From Bigelowiella natans CCMP2755 (Eukaryota > Protista > Cercozoa): a DNA stretch of 64,000 bases. Each line of letters begins with the position of its first letter. Positions within the stretch are counted from its first letter, which is position 1. Below are positions 63,361 to 64,000 of this stretch, in pieces. Below the pieces are notes generated by a model. That model saw only the letters and a list, made by a program, of their open reading frames with translations, was not told the DNA's origin and searched no databases. The stretch spans positions 8,643 through 72,642 of the forward strand of contig ADNK01002591.1 of assembly GCA_000320545.1 (NCBI GenBank), in the 5' to 3' direction. The position numbers were made by a program, and so were the translations under genes.

Positions 63361-63625
63361 CGTTTGTGTGTGTGTGCATGTGTAACTTTATGCTCAGCTG
63401 CAAAGTTAAGGGGGGGGATGCAGATGGGGGCGGGGTAAAAAACGAGCACGGTTCGAAATGCACGTCGGAATAAGAACAATGCAACACAGTACAACATGGC
63501 ACGCATGAAAATCTTCCAGGAATACCGGCCATTGATCGTATTGATAGGGCTAAGTATGTGGTGTTTACATTCTCAGACATCGCTGAAAGAGGCGGGGGGC
63601 TCAACAACATCATCCGAAGATGGTC
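61013..63625 (+). CDS. Uncharacterised multi-exon gene, probably continuing past the window end
   Basis: Splice-bounded open segments at ~61736-61840, 61938-62230, 62495-62572, 63069-63125, 63250-63288 and 63577-63621, between microsatellite introns. No domain recognised, and the start codon is uncertain. Confidence 0.35.
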
Positions 63626-63638
63626 GAGCTACCACTTC

Positions 63639-63693
<55 letters not shown>

Positions 63694-63818
63694 CTTGGCC
63701 GCCGCATTTACGTTGGAGTGCTGCCAGCTGCTGATTCCACTCCTTGTTTTGTCACCTCAAGTCTCTTTTTCACTTTCCTTTTCTCGATTGAGACTTACAC
63801 GCAAAAGAACATGTGCCT

Positions 63819-63867
<49 letters not shown>

Positions 63868-63886
63868 GTGTGTGTTTTTGTGTTTG

Positions 63887-63932
<46 letters not shown>

Positions 63933-64000
63933 AGTGTGTGTTCGTATACCTAGACGGCCTTAGAACATATAAGATCTGCAAAATCAATTTATATTTAATT

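Overview
Eukaryotic nuclear DNA from a flagellated protist with a secondary plastid, probably a chlorarachniophyte-like alga. This is inferred from GT-AG introns packed with microsatellites and signal-peptide plus transit-peptide leaders on two plastid-type proteins. Recognisable genes: an outer-arm gamma-type axonemal dynein heavy chain (minus, 5 exons, one of 13.7 kb), ribosomal protein uS12/RPS23, a head-to-head pair of bacterial-like radical SAM genes (one HemN-like, split by a TAG inside a candidate 21-nt intron), a UAA/SLC35B nucleotide-sugar transporter, a type-11 methyltransferase, an ankyrin/EF-hand-like/kinase protein, RsfS/Iojap, and several uncharacterised multi-exon genes. There is also a decayed non-LTR retrotransposon with stacked 3' ends, a 53-bp minisatellite and a ~510-bp foldback. 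The strongest unexplained signal is a set of intergenic or repeat islands almost free of the TpA dinucleotide: 25 TA in 3,560 nt by hand count, 24 of them in CTA or TAG context. Paired repeat copies show TA against TG or CA at the same sites. This suggests a RIP-like A-to-G (T-to-C) hypermutation process acting on repeats and sparing genes. Most short ORFs in the track are microsatellite or antisense artefacts.
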